Shown here one piece after another: positions 1 through 12,124 of a stretch of 64,000 bases of DNA. The first letter of the stretch is position 1. Each line of letters opens with the position of its first letter. This DNA comes from Octopus vulgaris. Lineage: Eukaryota. Location of the stretch: contig OX597827.1 of assembly GCA_951406725.2 (NCBI GenBank), forward strand, positions 4,092,001-4,156,000. The letters are read 5' to 3'. The translations under genes and the position numbers were made by a program. The notes beneath the pieces are model-generated. The model did not search any database. It saw only the letters and a list, made by a program, of their open reading frames with translations, and was not told the origin of the DNA.

Positions 1-410
1 TCATCATCATCATCGTTTAGCGTCCGTTTTCCATGCTAGCATGGGTTGGACGGTTCAACAGGGGTCTGTGAAGCCAGAAGGCTTCATCAGGCCCAGTCAA
101 ATCTGGCAGTGTTTCTACGGCTGGATGCCCTTCCTAACGCCAACCACTCCGCGAGTGTAGTGCGTGCTTTTTACGTGCCACCTGCACAGGTGCCAGGCGG
201 AGCTGGCAAACGGCCACGAACGGATGGTGCTTTTACGTGTCACCGGCACGGGGGCCAGGCAAGGCTGGCAAATGGCCACGAACGGATGGTGCTTTTTATG
301 TGCCACCGGCACGAGGCCAGTCGGGGCGGCACTGGCAACGGTTGCGAAACGGAAGGTTCTCTTACATGCCACTGGCACTGGTAACACATCTGCAATTTCC
401 ATTGAATGAT
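1..410 (-). mobile_element. 3' UTR/tail fragment of RTE-clade LINE (or RTE-tailed short element) with (ATG)n tail
   Basis: Reverse complement of the 3' end of the LINE at 36280-38435 (GGCGTTAGGAAGGGCATCCAGCCGTAGAAAC...CATGGAAAACGGACGCTAAACGATGATG). Contains 3-4 copies of the GTGCCGGTGGCACGTAAAAAGCAC subrepeat. Confidence 0.85.
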
Positions 411-729
411 TTCGATTGCAATTTCCATATTTAACATTTACTTTTCCATGCTTGCATGGGTCAGGCAAATTTTGTTGAGGCAGATTTTCTACAATTGGAT
501 GTCATTCCTGTCTATAATCGGCATTCGTCTGTTTCTGGGGCAAGGCAATATTTCTCCATGATCAGATATGTATTTTTTTCTTTTCACAGATGACCGGAAA
601 CAAACAACAGTGCTTGTATGATGATGATGATGATGATGGTCATCCACAACTATCACATGATATCAAAACAAGAGTGTACACAAACACACATACATATATT
701 CATATATATGTGTGTATATGTGTGTGTGC

Positions 730-761
<32 letters not shown>

Positions 762-764
762 ATG

Positions 765-815
<51 letters not shown>

Positions 816-854
816 ACGTATATATATATGTATATATATGTATATATATATATG

Positions 855-1244
855 TTGGGTCATCCCATAAATAATATGGTTTTTCAATTGCACGAACTAA
901 AACTTGGAGATGAACAGGATAAACAACCTACATCAACATGGTATAAAAGCAGGTAGTAATTTTACCTTTGTTCTTAGTCTTAGCACAAGTTTTGGAGAGT
1001 GCAGTTCGATGTTAGTTATTTTTTCAAAGCTATAATGGAAGTGACAAAGGAGCATATTTGGCATATTTTGCTTTATGAGTTCAATAAAGGCAACAACACA
1101 ATGGAAAGTGTGAGGAATATTAATGCAGCATTTGGAGATTGGACATTAAGCGTAAGTCAGTGTCAACGGTGGTTCCAGAAATTCTGAGCCGGAAACTACA
1201 GCCAAGAAGACGAGCCTCATCCTGGAAGATCTTGGTGGAACAAA
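855..1244 (+). mobile_element. 5' fragment of mariner element (TIR plus HTH-coding relic)
   Basis: Starts in a TA tract with TTGGGTCATCCCATAAATAAT. ORF 999-1187 (MEVTKEHIWHILLYEFNKGNNTMESVRNINAAFGDWTLSVSQCQRWFQKF) resembles a mariner transposase N-terminal HTH. Truncated by the fold-back at 1245. Confidence 0.8.
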
Positions 1245-1745
1245 ATACCCATGGAAGAAGCAAGCACCAAGTCCCGAGCAGACTTAAGTACCCCAAATAT
1301 ATCCAAAATAGAAAATATACCCCAAATATATACCCCAAAATAGAAAAGTACCCCAAATATATCCAAAATAGAAAAATCTTTTTCTATTTTGGATATATTT
1401 GGGGTACTTAAGTCTGCTCGGGACTTGGTACTTGTTTCTTCCGTGGGTATGAATAAGTATTTCATTTATATCTCGCGTATTTGCCGCTGAATAGTGGAAA
1501 ATTTCTTGTGAATTAACCCCGAAATTGGACCAATATGGTAATAACGAATTTTTTAGAGATTTCTATCAGTTTGTTACGAGACGCATAAATTTAATGGTTA
1601 TCGACAATTTTTTGTGTCAGCGTATCTGGCATTAGAATTTTTCTTCTGCCCTTATCTTGTAAATTATGTATAAATTTTACCTTTAAAGGCATTTTTTGAT
1701 ATGCTGGCCATTGATAAAATTTTTTTCGGGAAAAAAATTTTATCC
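1245..1745. repeat. Fold-back element: ~70-bp inverted arms (1245-1315 / 1380-1450) with internal 27-28-bp triplication
   Basis: ATACCCATGGAAGAAGCAAGCACCAAGTCCCGAGCAGACTTAAGTACCCC is near-perfectly inverted at 1401-1450. TACCCCAAATATATCCAAAATAGAAAA occurs x3. Terminal hairpin GATAAAATTTTTTT-CGGG-AAAAAAATTTTATC at ~1713-1744. Confidence 0.75.
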
Positions 1746-1824
1746 TATATCAATTATATATATATATATCTATGTTTATGTGTGTATGTATATATATGTA
1801 TATATATATATACATATATATATA

Positions 1825-2704
1825 CAAGGTCTAATCAATAAGTATCTGGACTTGCCATAGTAACGAAGGTAAAGCACACAGAGTAAAGCTGCTTGGTATA
1901 TATCGACCTTGAACTCTGCTGTGCATGGACACTAAGTTTTACCGTTCTAGCTGACTTCTGCTGTTTACAGTAACGCTTGGAAGGAAGGTGCATTGCATGT
2001 GATTGTCACATTAACCACGACAGAGAAAACTGTCATTGTGATATCTGCTCACAGACCTATGAAAAGTTGCAGAAAGTGTATGGAGGGGAGTGTGTGAGCC
2101 ACACACAGGTGTATGAGTCATTCAGATGTTTCTGGCCGTAAAAATATCAATATTGATGAACATTCTGGGAGACCTGAAACCATCAGAACTGAGAAAAATA
2201 TTGCAGATGTGCATAAAGCTGTAAGGGGGTTTCATCAAATTACCATCCATGAGTTATCAGAGGATATGCAGATTAGTTGCAGTTCAGTCCCTTATCACTG
2301 AAGATTTGGGTATGAGATGCATGTCTACCAAGTTTGTGTCAAAACTGCTTTCAGCTGACCAAGAAGATACTTAGGTCTCAGTTGCAAAAGATCTTGATTG
2401 TGTTGAGAATGATGAAAACTTTTTGAAAACTTTGCACAGGCCTCTCAGCAGGTATCCCCAAACTTTTGGTAAAATTAGATGCAGATTCTCTGCTGAACTT
2501 TCTCTGTCACATTCAATGCGGTGATCACATGCTACACACTTTTCTTCTATGCACTGCTGTAAAAAGCAGAAGTCAGCTAGAACATTAAAACTTGGTGTGC
2601 ATGTACAGCAGAGTTAAAGGTCAATCTGTACCAAGCAGCTTTACTCTCCATGCTTTAGATTCATTACTATAGCAACAGTTTTGATACTTATTGATCAGAC
2701 CACG
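1825..2704 (+). mobile_element. Internally deleted mariner element with ~150-bp TIRs, TA-flanked
   Basis: CAAGGTCTAATCAATAAGTATC...GCTGACTTCTGCTGTTTACAG is inverted at ~2555-2704 (...GATACTTATTGATCAGACCACG|TA). Internal transposase relic DEHSGRPETIRTEKNIADVHKAVR...ITIHELSEDMQIS and a KFVSKLLS (WVPR/KLL-like) motif. Confidence 0.85.
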
Positions 2705-2956
2705 TATATATATATATAGAGAGAGAGAGACACAGAGATATATTTATGAATACATACACACACACACACATACATATCCAAAATGGAGACAAATACCATT
2801 CCTCCATGTGATCGGCTTGAAAAATTCTTAGGATATTAAGATATTTTCCTATTTTGCTTAACATGAAGCCAATGGTATTCTTAATTCACAAATAAAGAAA
2901 TTCAATTCAAAATGAGTGCAGTGTTGAGCACTCATTTTCATCTTTCGACTTTTCTG

Positions 2957-2988
<32 letters not shown>

Positions 2989-2990
<2 letters not shown>

Positions 2991-3205
2991 CTTTATTTAA
3001 AAGCAGCAGAAAATTCAACAAAACTTGTTACTCTGAGTTTCACGTTCCCATTCATAGGAAATTGTCTGACGAACGGGAACGTGAAACTCAGAGTAACAGG
3101 TTTTGTTGAATTTTCTGCTGCTTTTAAATAAAGCATATTACTCTACCACTGGTATTTGAGTACTCTTTTTTCCACCTTGTTTCACATTTATGTGTTTACT
3201 CCGGT
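2989..3205 (+). mobile_element. Fold-back element in (TA)n, probable Penelope-like pseudo-LTR, carrying a hammerhead motif
   Basis: Arms 2991-3057 and 3066-3133 are inverted copies. A unique 3' extension (TTACTCTACCACTGG...TTTACTCCGG) is shared with the second copy at 47461-47622. Confidence 0.75.
3059..3103 (+). ncRNA. Type I (minimal, PLE-type) hammerhead ribozyme motif
   Basis: CUGACGA at 3066-3072; stem II ACG/CGU with GGAA loop; GAAA at 3083-3086; near-palindromic stem III ACUC-A-GAGU; GUA cleavage triplet at 3093-3095; stem I UUGU/ACAG. Confidence 0.75.
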
Positions 3206-3652
3206 ATATATATATATATATATATACACACACAATATACACATATATATTCATATATATACACACGATATACATATATGTGTGTGTATCAGGGTGACTT
3301 CTGCTATACATTTGAAGGTACATAGAATATATATTCTTTCTTACCAGCTGTTTCTCATCGTAATGAAAGATTTATTTTAAAGTCTGTTTGGATATTTGCA
3401 CTAATTTATATATAACTTTGGTATGCATTGCTTATCTTGAATTTATGAAGATGATGCCAGTGACATACGTGCATTCTTATATGCATACATACACTCATGT
3501 ATATATATGTATATATAGTATATATACATAAATATATTTAGACATATAAAAATATATACATATATGTATATCATATAAATGCATATTTTATGTATGTCCA
3601 ACCCGTGCTAGCGCAGAAAACGGACGTTAAACGATGATGATGATGATGATGA

Positions 3653-3697
<45 letters not shown>

Positions 3698-4859
3698 GTT
3701 AGGGAGCTTGCTTCTTAGCTACATGGTTTCGGGTTCAGTCCCACTGCGTGGCACTTTGGATAGGTGTCTTCCACTATAGCCCCGAGTCGACCGAAGCTTT
3801 GTGATTAAATTCAGTAGGCGGAAGTTACTGCCGTGTGTGTATGTGTGTGTATAGCTGCTCAGTGCCTCTCCGAAAGAGAGAGAGGGATATATATACACAT
3901 ACACACATATTCAAACATATGTGCATATGCCGATAGATGGAGTTTTATGCACTGTGTGTATGATGTTGTTGCATATATGTTATGTGTACCCATGTAAACA
4001 TGCACACACATATATACACAGACATCCAAACACATGCATCATATTCATATATGTGTGCATGTTCACATATGCTCACATACATCATACACACAATGCATTC
4101 TCATTCTCCGTTTATCTCTCAGGAATACCAGCTCTTCTCCCTTCTGTTCTCTTATCTCTTAGCAATATCTCCATCTTCCTTTCAGGTTCACTCTTTCTCT
4201 GCAATAACATATCTTTTTTCTCCTCTCCCACTTGTTCTCTCTCCCTTTCTCTCTCCTTCTCTCTCTCTCTCTCTCTGTCTCTATTAGTTGTAATACAACT
4301 CACCACCACTCATAGCGAAAATGCTTAGCATGGAACCTGGAAGAGAACAAGTCACACACTATTCAGTGAAGAAAGAAATGTCTACAGTGATTTCACCTTA
4401 AGACCTTTGAGCCAGCTCAAAGTATTCCATATTCCAAAAAAGCCCTATTACATACAGCGAACCATTTTATTTGCAATCCACAGACAAGACGTACTTTGGA
4501 AAATGCAAGTCTCAGCTGGACCCAGTTCACTTTTGATACTATATGGTCGTGGAACATGCAATTATGTTCATTGAGTAGAAGGCCAGACACAATAACTTGT
4601 AAGCATTCGTTAATGCCATATTGCACAGACACGATTAGATCAAACTGGCAGTCACATTTCTTTCTTCCATTTCAACTGTTCTGCATATTGAACTACGGTA
4701 CTTGTCATGCTTCATATGGTTCCTTTATTAAAAGGAATTGTTGTTGGCTAATTGACTTATTGATTACCTATAGCTTAGGTTACAAACAAAATCATATTTG
4801 CATTAATGTATTATCCCTGCATAATTTTTTTTTATTTACTTGCATGTTTTTGTTTTGTA

Positions 4860-5105
<246 letters not shown>

Positions 5106-5918
5106 ACTTAAATATACATATTATATTATAGCATGTCCATCACACCTGAACAGACGCCTAAATGCTTTGTGACAAATCATGGCAGTAATCTAATATATTG
5201 TGTAGCTGCACAGAAGTTCTAAATAATCAATTGGTAAGTGTTGATACATTTTCACACATTTATATGGGTGTGAAGATTTATAGTGCCTGTGTATGTCTGT
5301 GTGCGTATATATTCATATATGTGTTTTCGTATCTGTGTATGTATATATGTGCGTATACATATATGTATATATGTATATGTATGTGTATGTATATATGTGT
5401 GTGTGTTTGTGTGTGTGTGTATGTATGTATATGAAAGAGAGGAGGGAAGAAAGAGACACGTGCATGCATATATGCATATCAGTATCTTGATGCATACGTA
5501 CTTAAATGAAAGTAATTGTATTAATAAATGTATTAATGCACGCACATACCTGTGTGTGGTGGGTGTATGCGCAAGTGTGCATGTCTATGTGCAAGTGTGC
5601 AGGTATATGTGCAAGTGTGTGTGTGTGTGTGCATAACTTTTGCTGATGTATATCAGCAAAGGCTGTGAAAATCATCAAGCGAAGTGAAAAACTAATACTT
5701 CACAAACAAAATCCCTTGCAGTATTTGTTCTGTGCTGAGTTACAGATACTTCCTTGTCACTCTTGCTGACAGAAATGCTGGGATTTGCACATTGGAAATC
5801 TGTAACCAGATACTTCTGTTCAGCAATGGTGACATAAAATTTCACACACACACACACATAGGGTGTGGTGAATGAATTGTTGTCCAGATTACACAAAAAT
5901 GAAAATAAAACTGACATA

Positions 5919-6335
5919 GGCGCAGGAGTGGCTGTGTGGTAAGTAGCTTGCTAACCAACCACATGGTTCCGGGTTCAGTCCCACTGCGTGGCATCTTGGG
6001 CAAGTGTCTTCTGCTATAGCCCCGGGCCGACCAATGCCTGGTGAGTGAATTTGGTAGACGGAAACTGAAAGAAGCCTGTCATATATATGTATATATATGT
6101 ATATATGTGTATGTTTGTGTGTTTGTGTGTCTGTGTTTGTCCCCCTAGCATTGCTTGACAACCGATGCTGCTGTGTTTACGTCCCCGTCACTTAGCGGTT
6201 CGGCAAAAGAGACCGATAGAATAAGTACTGGGCTTACAAAGAATAAGTCCCGGGGTCGATTTGCTCAACTAAAGGCGGTGCTCCAGCATGGCCGCAGTCA
6301 AATGACTGAAACAAGTAAAAGAGTAAAAGAGTAAA
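5919..6335 (+). mobile_element. tRNA-derived SINE family A, full length
   Basis: Head GGCGCAGGAGTGGCTGTGTGG (box A-like) ... GGTTCAGTCCC (box B-like); CTTGGGCAAGT core; internal (TA/TG) microsatellite; (GTAAAAGA)n tail. More than 15 copies in the window. Confidence 0.9.
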
Positions 6336-6827
6336 TTTATTCAATAAAATAACTTTTGGCTTCAGCCACATGACTTTAGAATCTCCTGCAGCTCTTCTGG
6401 ACGGTCTCCTTGTTTAAGTTGGTGAATGCTGTCATAATCCTTGCCTGCCTTCAGTTCATCTTTGGTGTTACAAGGAGTTTTGTTGATCTCTCGCTTGACT
6501 GCACTCTACCCATGATAATCAAGCAGGTTGCAGTTTGGGAAATTAGGTGGCCAGATTTTAGAGGAGATGGAGTTGAAGAAATTGATACAGGCTTCTGTGT
6601 TGAGTGTATGGGAAGATGAATGGAGGTATAACTTTGACATCACTAGTGATCACTCCAAACACCGATGTTTGATTTGTGTCACTAGAGGTACATGTTTTGG
6701 GGACTCTGACACCCAACACTCTGAAATGCTCATATTGGAGCTTCCGGCATGAATACCAAGCAGGACAGCAAAATTACACAAAATTAAAAATATAAAATGA
6801 TGACAATTTACCCAGTGTACCCTGAAT

Positions 6828-6828
<1 letters not shown>
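6336..6828 (-). mobile_element. Tc1/mariner-superfamily relic
   Basis: Minus strand reads WPPNFPNCNLLDY (WPPNSPDLNPLDY-like motif) at ~6510-6553. Terminal CAGGGTACACTGGGTAAATTGTC lies next to a microsatellite. Confidence 0.65.
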
Positions 6829-6863
<35 letters not shown>

Positions 6864-7010
6864 ATATAGGTGTGACTGTGTGGTAAAAGGTTTGCTTCCC
6901 AACCACATGGTTCTGGGTTCAGTACCTCTATGTGGCACTGTGGGCAAGTGTCTTCCACTAAAGCCTTGTGAATGGATTTGGTTGACAGAAGCTGAAAGAA
7001 GCCTGGTTAA

Positions 7011-7047
<37 letters not shown>

Positions 7048-7850
7048 TATACATATACATATATATATATGTATCTATGTATGTGTGTCCCCAACGCTAC
7101 TTGACAACTAGTGTTGGTGTGTATACATCCCAGTAACCTAGCAGTTCAGCAAAAGACCCCGATAAAATAAGTACTAGGCTTAAGAAATAAATCTTGATGT
7201 CAATTTGTTCAACTAAAACCCTTCAAGACACTGCTCCAGCATGGCCAAAGTCAAATGACTGAAACAACAAGTGAAAGATTTAAAGATAAAAGACACACAC
7301 AGACATGCACAAGTGTGCACACACACACATGCACATGCCACATACACACACCAACACACACACTCACCAACAAACACACACACATAGATATATTAGAGAA
7401 TAGAAGATTGGGATGTGTCATGACATGGGTTTAGATGTTTCCTCTAAAAATGAACAGTGTGTCCCAAAACCAGCTCCAACTTTGCAAATGATGCTGAAAA
7501 AGCTTGCGTTTCTAGTTTTATTCTTTTAATTTTCCATATTCAGTTTATCATTTTACAGCAAGACTAAATTTGATACAATCAAATAAATATAGTTTATGCA
7601 TTAAATATGCTTTCAAATATTGAACTATTTTGTCTGTAACTGATCGATCAATACACATGAAGAGGGGCAAAACCACTGGTGCATGAATTTTCTATTTTCA
7701 ATAACATAAAAAGTGGGTGGAGAACTGGACAAGAGTGATAAGAGAGGCAAACGAAAGAAGCAGGTTTTTACATAGAAAGCTAGAGCGACAAAGAACGAAC
7801 AAAACGTCAGTGATACAATGGATGAGAATAAATATATGTGTATATATCTA

Positions 7851-8271
7851 CGCAGGAGTGGCTGTGTGGTAAGTAGCTTGCTAACCAGCCACATGGTTCC
7901 GGGTTCAGTCCCACTGAGTGGCATCTTGGGCAAGTGTCTTCTGCTATAGCCCCGGGCCGACCAATGCCTTGTGAGTGGATTTGGTAGACGGAAACTGAAA
8001 GAAGCCTGTCGTATATGTGTATATATATATATATGTATATGTGTGTGTGTGTGTATGTATCTGTGTGTCTGTGTTTGTCCCCCTAGCATTGCTTGACAAC
8101 CGATGCTGGTGTGTTTACGTCCCCGTTGCTTAGTGGTTTGGCAAAAGAGACTGATAGAATAAGTACTGGGCTTACAAAGAATAAGTCCCGGGGTCGAGTT
8201 GCTTGATTAAAGGCGGTGCTCCAGCATGGCCGCAGTCAGATGACTGAAACAAGTAAAAGAGTAAAAGAGTA
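7851..8271 (+). mobile_element. SINE family A, full length
   Basis: Near-identical to 5919-6335. Confidence 0.9.
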
Positions 8272-8759
8272 TATAAATGTGTGTGTGTATATAACATATA
8301 TATACACATACACACAGATGCTCACACACACACATATATAATGGGCTTCTTTCAGTTTTCGTCTCCCAAGTCAACTTGCAAGGCTTTGGTCAGCCCAAGG
8401 CTATAATAGAAGATAGTTGCCCAAGGTGCCACACAGTAGGACAGAACCCATAACTATGTGGTTTGGAAGGAAACTTCTTAACACACAGCCATGTATATAT
8501 GTATATATAGACGTAGGAGTGGCTGTGTGGTAAGTAGCTTGCTAACGAACCACATGGTTCTGGGTTCTGTCCCACAGCGTTGCACCTTGGGCAAGTGTCT
8601 TCTGCTATACCCTCGGGCCGACCCAAGCCTTGTCAGTGGATTTGGTAGGCGGAACATAACGGGAGACAAAATACGGCTACGTTTTTCGCCCGGCGTGCTA
8701 ACGTTTCTGCTATCTCGTTGCTTTCAGTATTATCATTTCCATGTCTAACCTCATCTGTT

Positions 8760-9130
8760 GTCATGAATATTGGATGATAACTGAAAGAGTTTTATCACTG
8801 AAATGGGGTTTCTCCTAAGGATCTTTGCTGTAACGTTACTCAACAGGGCACTTAGCTGAAAAGTCAAAGTGTCACTTCAGGTGAAGTCACTATTTCTCTA
8901 CATCGAGAAGTCACAGTTTCCGTGCTGTGGACATATAGTTAGAAGACAGATTCTTCAAGCTGAGCTGTCTGGTGGGAGACCTCAGGGAAGAGCTCAAGCA
9001 AGATGGTTGGATTACATCCTTAGTATCAATTGGTCCCTTTTGGAAATCCAGCAGGGAAATGTAATAATGATTGTTTCTGAGAACTCTCCCTCCATGACCC
9101 TCTCAGAAATAGTGGGCAGAGAAAATGAGT
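8760..9130 (+). mobile_element. Degraded RTE-type LINE 3' coding fragment
   Basis: EKSQ..CCGHIVR...GGRPQGRAQARWLDYI resembles the C-terminal RW.GH...GRP..RW motif of RTE ORFs. Confidence 0.55.
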
Positions 9131-9469
9131 GGACAGATCGTTTTCATCGGCATCGTTTTTATAACATCCACTTTTCCTTGCTGGCATGGGTCAGACTGAA
9201 TTTGTTGAAGCATACTGTCTACAGCTGTATATGGTTCCTATTTCCAGCCCCCATCTGCTTCATGGTCACACTTGTTCTCATAGAAGATTAGACATGAAGC
9301 TTACCACTTATACAACAATGATGCATACTTTCAACCATCACATGATGTCATGACAAGGCAGCAGAAGCACCCCCCACACATATACATGTATATTTTTTTA
9401 TAGAACAGGCTTCATTCATTTTCCTAACTACCAAATCCACTGACAAGGCTTTGGTCAGCACATAACTTT

Positions 9470-9690
9470 ACTACCCACAAGGGGCTAAACACAGAGCAGA
9501 CAAACAAGGACAGACAAACGGATTAAGTTGATTATATCGACCCCAGTGCCTAACTGGTACTTATTCAATCGACCCCGAAAGGATGAAAGGCAAAGTCGAC
9601 CTTGGCAGAATTTGAACTCAGAACGCAGCGGCGGATGAAATACCCGTAAGCAGTTTGCAGGGCATGCTAACGTTTCTGCCAGCTCGCCGC
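9470..9690 (-). mobile_element. tRNA-derived SINE family B
   Basis: Reverse complement of GGCGAGCTGGCAGAAACGTTAGCA...GAGTTCAAATTC...GACTTTGCCTTTCATCCTTTCGGGGTCGAT. Confidence 0.85.
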
Positions 9691-10450
9691 ACATAGCTAT
9701 AGCAGTAGGCCCATCCTCAAGGTGTGACACAGTGAGATTGAACCTGAAACTCTGTGGTTGATAAGTATACTTCTTAACCAGACAACCGTGTCTGCAAATA
9801 ATCATATCGTTTAAACTAATTACTGGTATCTATTGATCATTACAAACTTTACTTGTTAACTAGAATATGCTTCATTGATGAGATCCAATAAGACATAAAT
9901 ATGACTGTTTCTACCGGCACAAATCCATGTCAATCTATGTAGTCTATTTATCCACAAATTTCAATTAGCTAGTCTTAATGGAGTTAGCTCCCTTGCTTGT
10001 TATTCATAGATATAAAAAAATTCCCAAGGGGGCATCTTAGTCTACTAATTGCTTAGATAACCTGAACTGACAGAGACGTTGTTATCTGTGTATTTAGTAT
10101 TCAGAACACTTCCCTGGGGGGGGATTTTACCTCAGCTCTATGATTAATAGTAAGTGGCATAATTGTTTGTGGGCCAGACAAAAATAAATAAGTTGCTATA
10201 TTTAATTACATTTTTTTATCTTTTACTTGTTTAAGCCTTTGAACTGCAACCATGCTGGGGCACCACCTTGAAGGGATTTAGTTGAGCAGATTATTTTCTG
10301 TACGTGTGGTATTTATACTATCAGCAGATGTAAACAAACCAGCACCAGTTGGAAAGTGGTAGGGGAGAAACACCGACACAAAGGCATATATACTTACATA
10401 CCTACACACACACACACACACACACATACATATATACATATATAACACCA

Positions 10451-10673
10451 CAGAGCTGGCAGAATCGTTAGCACGCCGGGTGAAATGCATAGCAGTATTT
10501 CGTCTGCCGCTACGTTCTGAGTTCAAATTCTACCGAGGTCGACTTTGTCTTTCATCCTTTCGGGGGCGATAAATAAAGTACCAGTTATGCACTGGGGCCG
10601 ATGTAATCGACTTAATCCCTTTGTTTTTGTTTGTCCCGTCAATGTTTAGCCCTTTGTGGGCATTAAAAGAAAT
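10451..10673 (+). mobile_element. SINE family B
   Basis: Box A-like TGGCAGAATCG, box B-like GAGTTCAAATTC, central TTTCATCCTTTCGGGG motif, tail GCCCTTTGTGGGCATTAAAAGAAATA. Confidence 0.85.
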
Positions 10674-11250
10674 ATATATAACACCACACACACACACACA
10701 CACACACACATACATATATACATATATACATATATAACACCACACACACACATATGTACATATATAACACCACACACACACACATATGGCTGTGTGGGAA
10801 GGACTTTGCTTCCCAACCACATGGTTCTGGCAAGTGTCTTCTATAGCCTCAAGCAAACCAAACCCTTGTGGGAGGATTTAGCAGATGGAAACCGAAAGAA
10901 GCACATCATGTGTGTGTGTCTGTCTGTCTGTCCCCAACTACTGCTTGGCAATCAGCGTTAATGTAGCTTAGTCGTTTGGTGTAAATAAATACTGGTGTTG
11001 AATCATTCCACTAGAGTTCCTCAAAGCAGTGCCCCTGGGTGGCTGCAGTTTAATGACTGAAAGAAGTAAAGGTCAAAAGATATATCTTTTATCTTGGCTG
11101 TATAAGAAGCTTACTTCCCAACTACAGGGTTTGGTGGTTGCAGTCCCATTGCAGGGTACCTTGGACAAGTATATTCTATTATAGCCTCGGGCTGACAAAA
11201 GGCGTGAGAGTGGATTTGGTAGATGGAAACTGAAAGACGCCTGTTCTGTA

Positions 11251-11308
<58 letters not shown>

Positions 11309-11366
11309 TATGTATGTATTGTGCTATTAATTTTTAATGTGTGTATATATATATATATATATTATA

Positions 11367-11427
<61 letters not shown>

Positions 11428-12124
11428 TGTATCTATCTATATGTGTGTGTGTGTATGTATATATCTATCTCTATATATATATGTATGCATGCCAGAACCC
11501 ACTGACTGGCTCCTGTGCCGGTGGCACATACAAAGCACCATCCAAATGTGATCATTGCCAGGCCATCCTGACTGGCTCCTGTGCCAGTGGCACATAAAAA
11601 GCGCCCATTACACTCTTGGAGTGGTTGGTGTTAGGAAGGGCATCAAGATGTAGAAACATTGCCAGATCAGATTGGAGTCTGGTGCAGCATGGAAAACGGA
11701 TATAAAATGATGATGATAATGATGATGTGTTGGTCTTTGTGTCTGTGTTTGTCCACTTGCCACTGTTTGACAAATGATGTTGGTGTATTTAGGTCCCCAT
11801 AACTTAGCAGTTTGGCAAAAGAGATCGATAGATAAGCACTAGGCTTAGAATATAAGTCCTGGCCACGATCAAATGACTGAAACAAGTAAAAGAATAAAAG
11901 AATTTATATACGTAGATGTATGTGTCACTCCTTGTTGTCTTTTTAGAAATATGAAGTTACTAGGAGGAATGGATTCCCAGTCCCCTTGCTCCCACCCCTT
12001 GTAGTTACCTCTTATGCCATTCAGGGAATATGGCAACTGCAGTCTACCGGTCCCCACCACCCAGTCACAGGGGGAAACCAGTAGAATGCAGTATGTATGA
12101 CAGCGATTGAATGGTTAATGATTG

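Noticed and set aside
69-92. CTGATGA followed by hairpin AGCC-TTCT-GGCT in the RTE tail (minus strand; also 53242 plus strand)
   Set aside because: No GAAA after the stem, and other copies read CTGGTGC; not a hammerhead.
3338-3385. Minus-strand GAAACAGCTGGTA, resembling a palindromic HHR stem III
   Set aside because: No CUGANGA box or stems remain; too degraded to call.
4300-4720. Unique-looking sequence after a pyrimidine tract (possible exon)
   Set aside because: Stops in all frames shortly after the AG; the listed ORFs show no recognisable motif.
5675-5820. Minus-strand open frame DFQCANPSISVSKSDKEV...
   Set aside because: Weak splice signals and no homology recognised.
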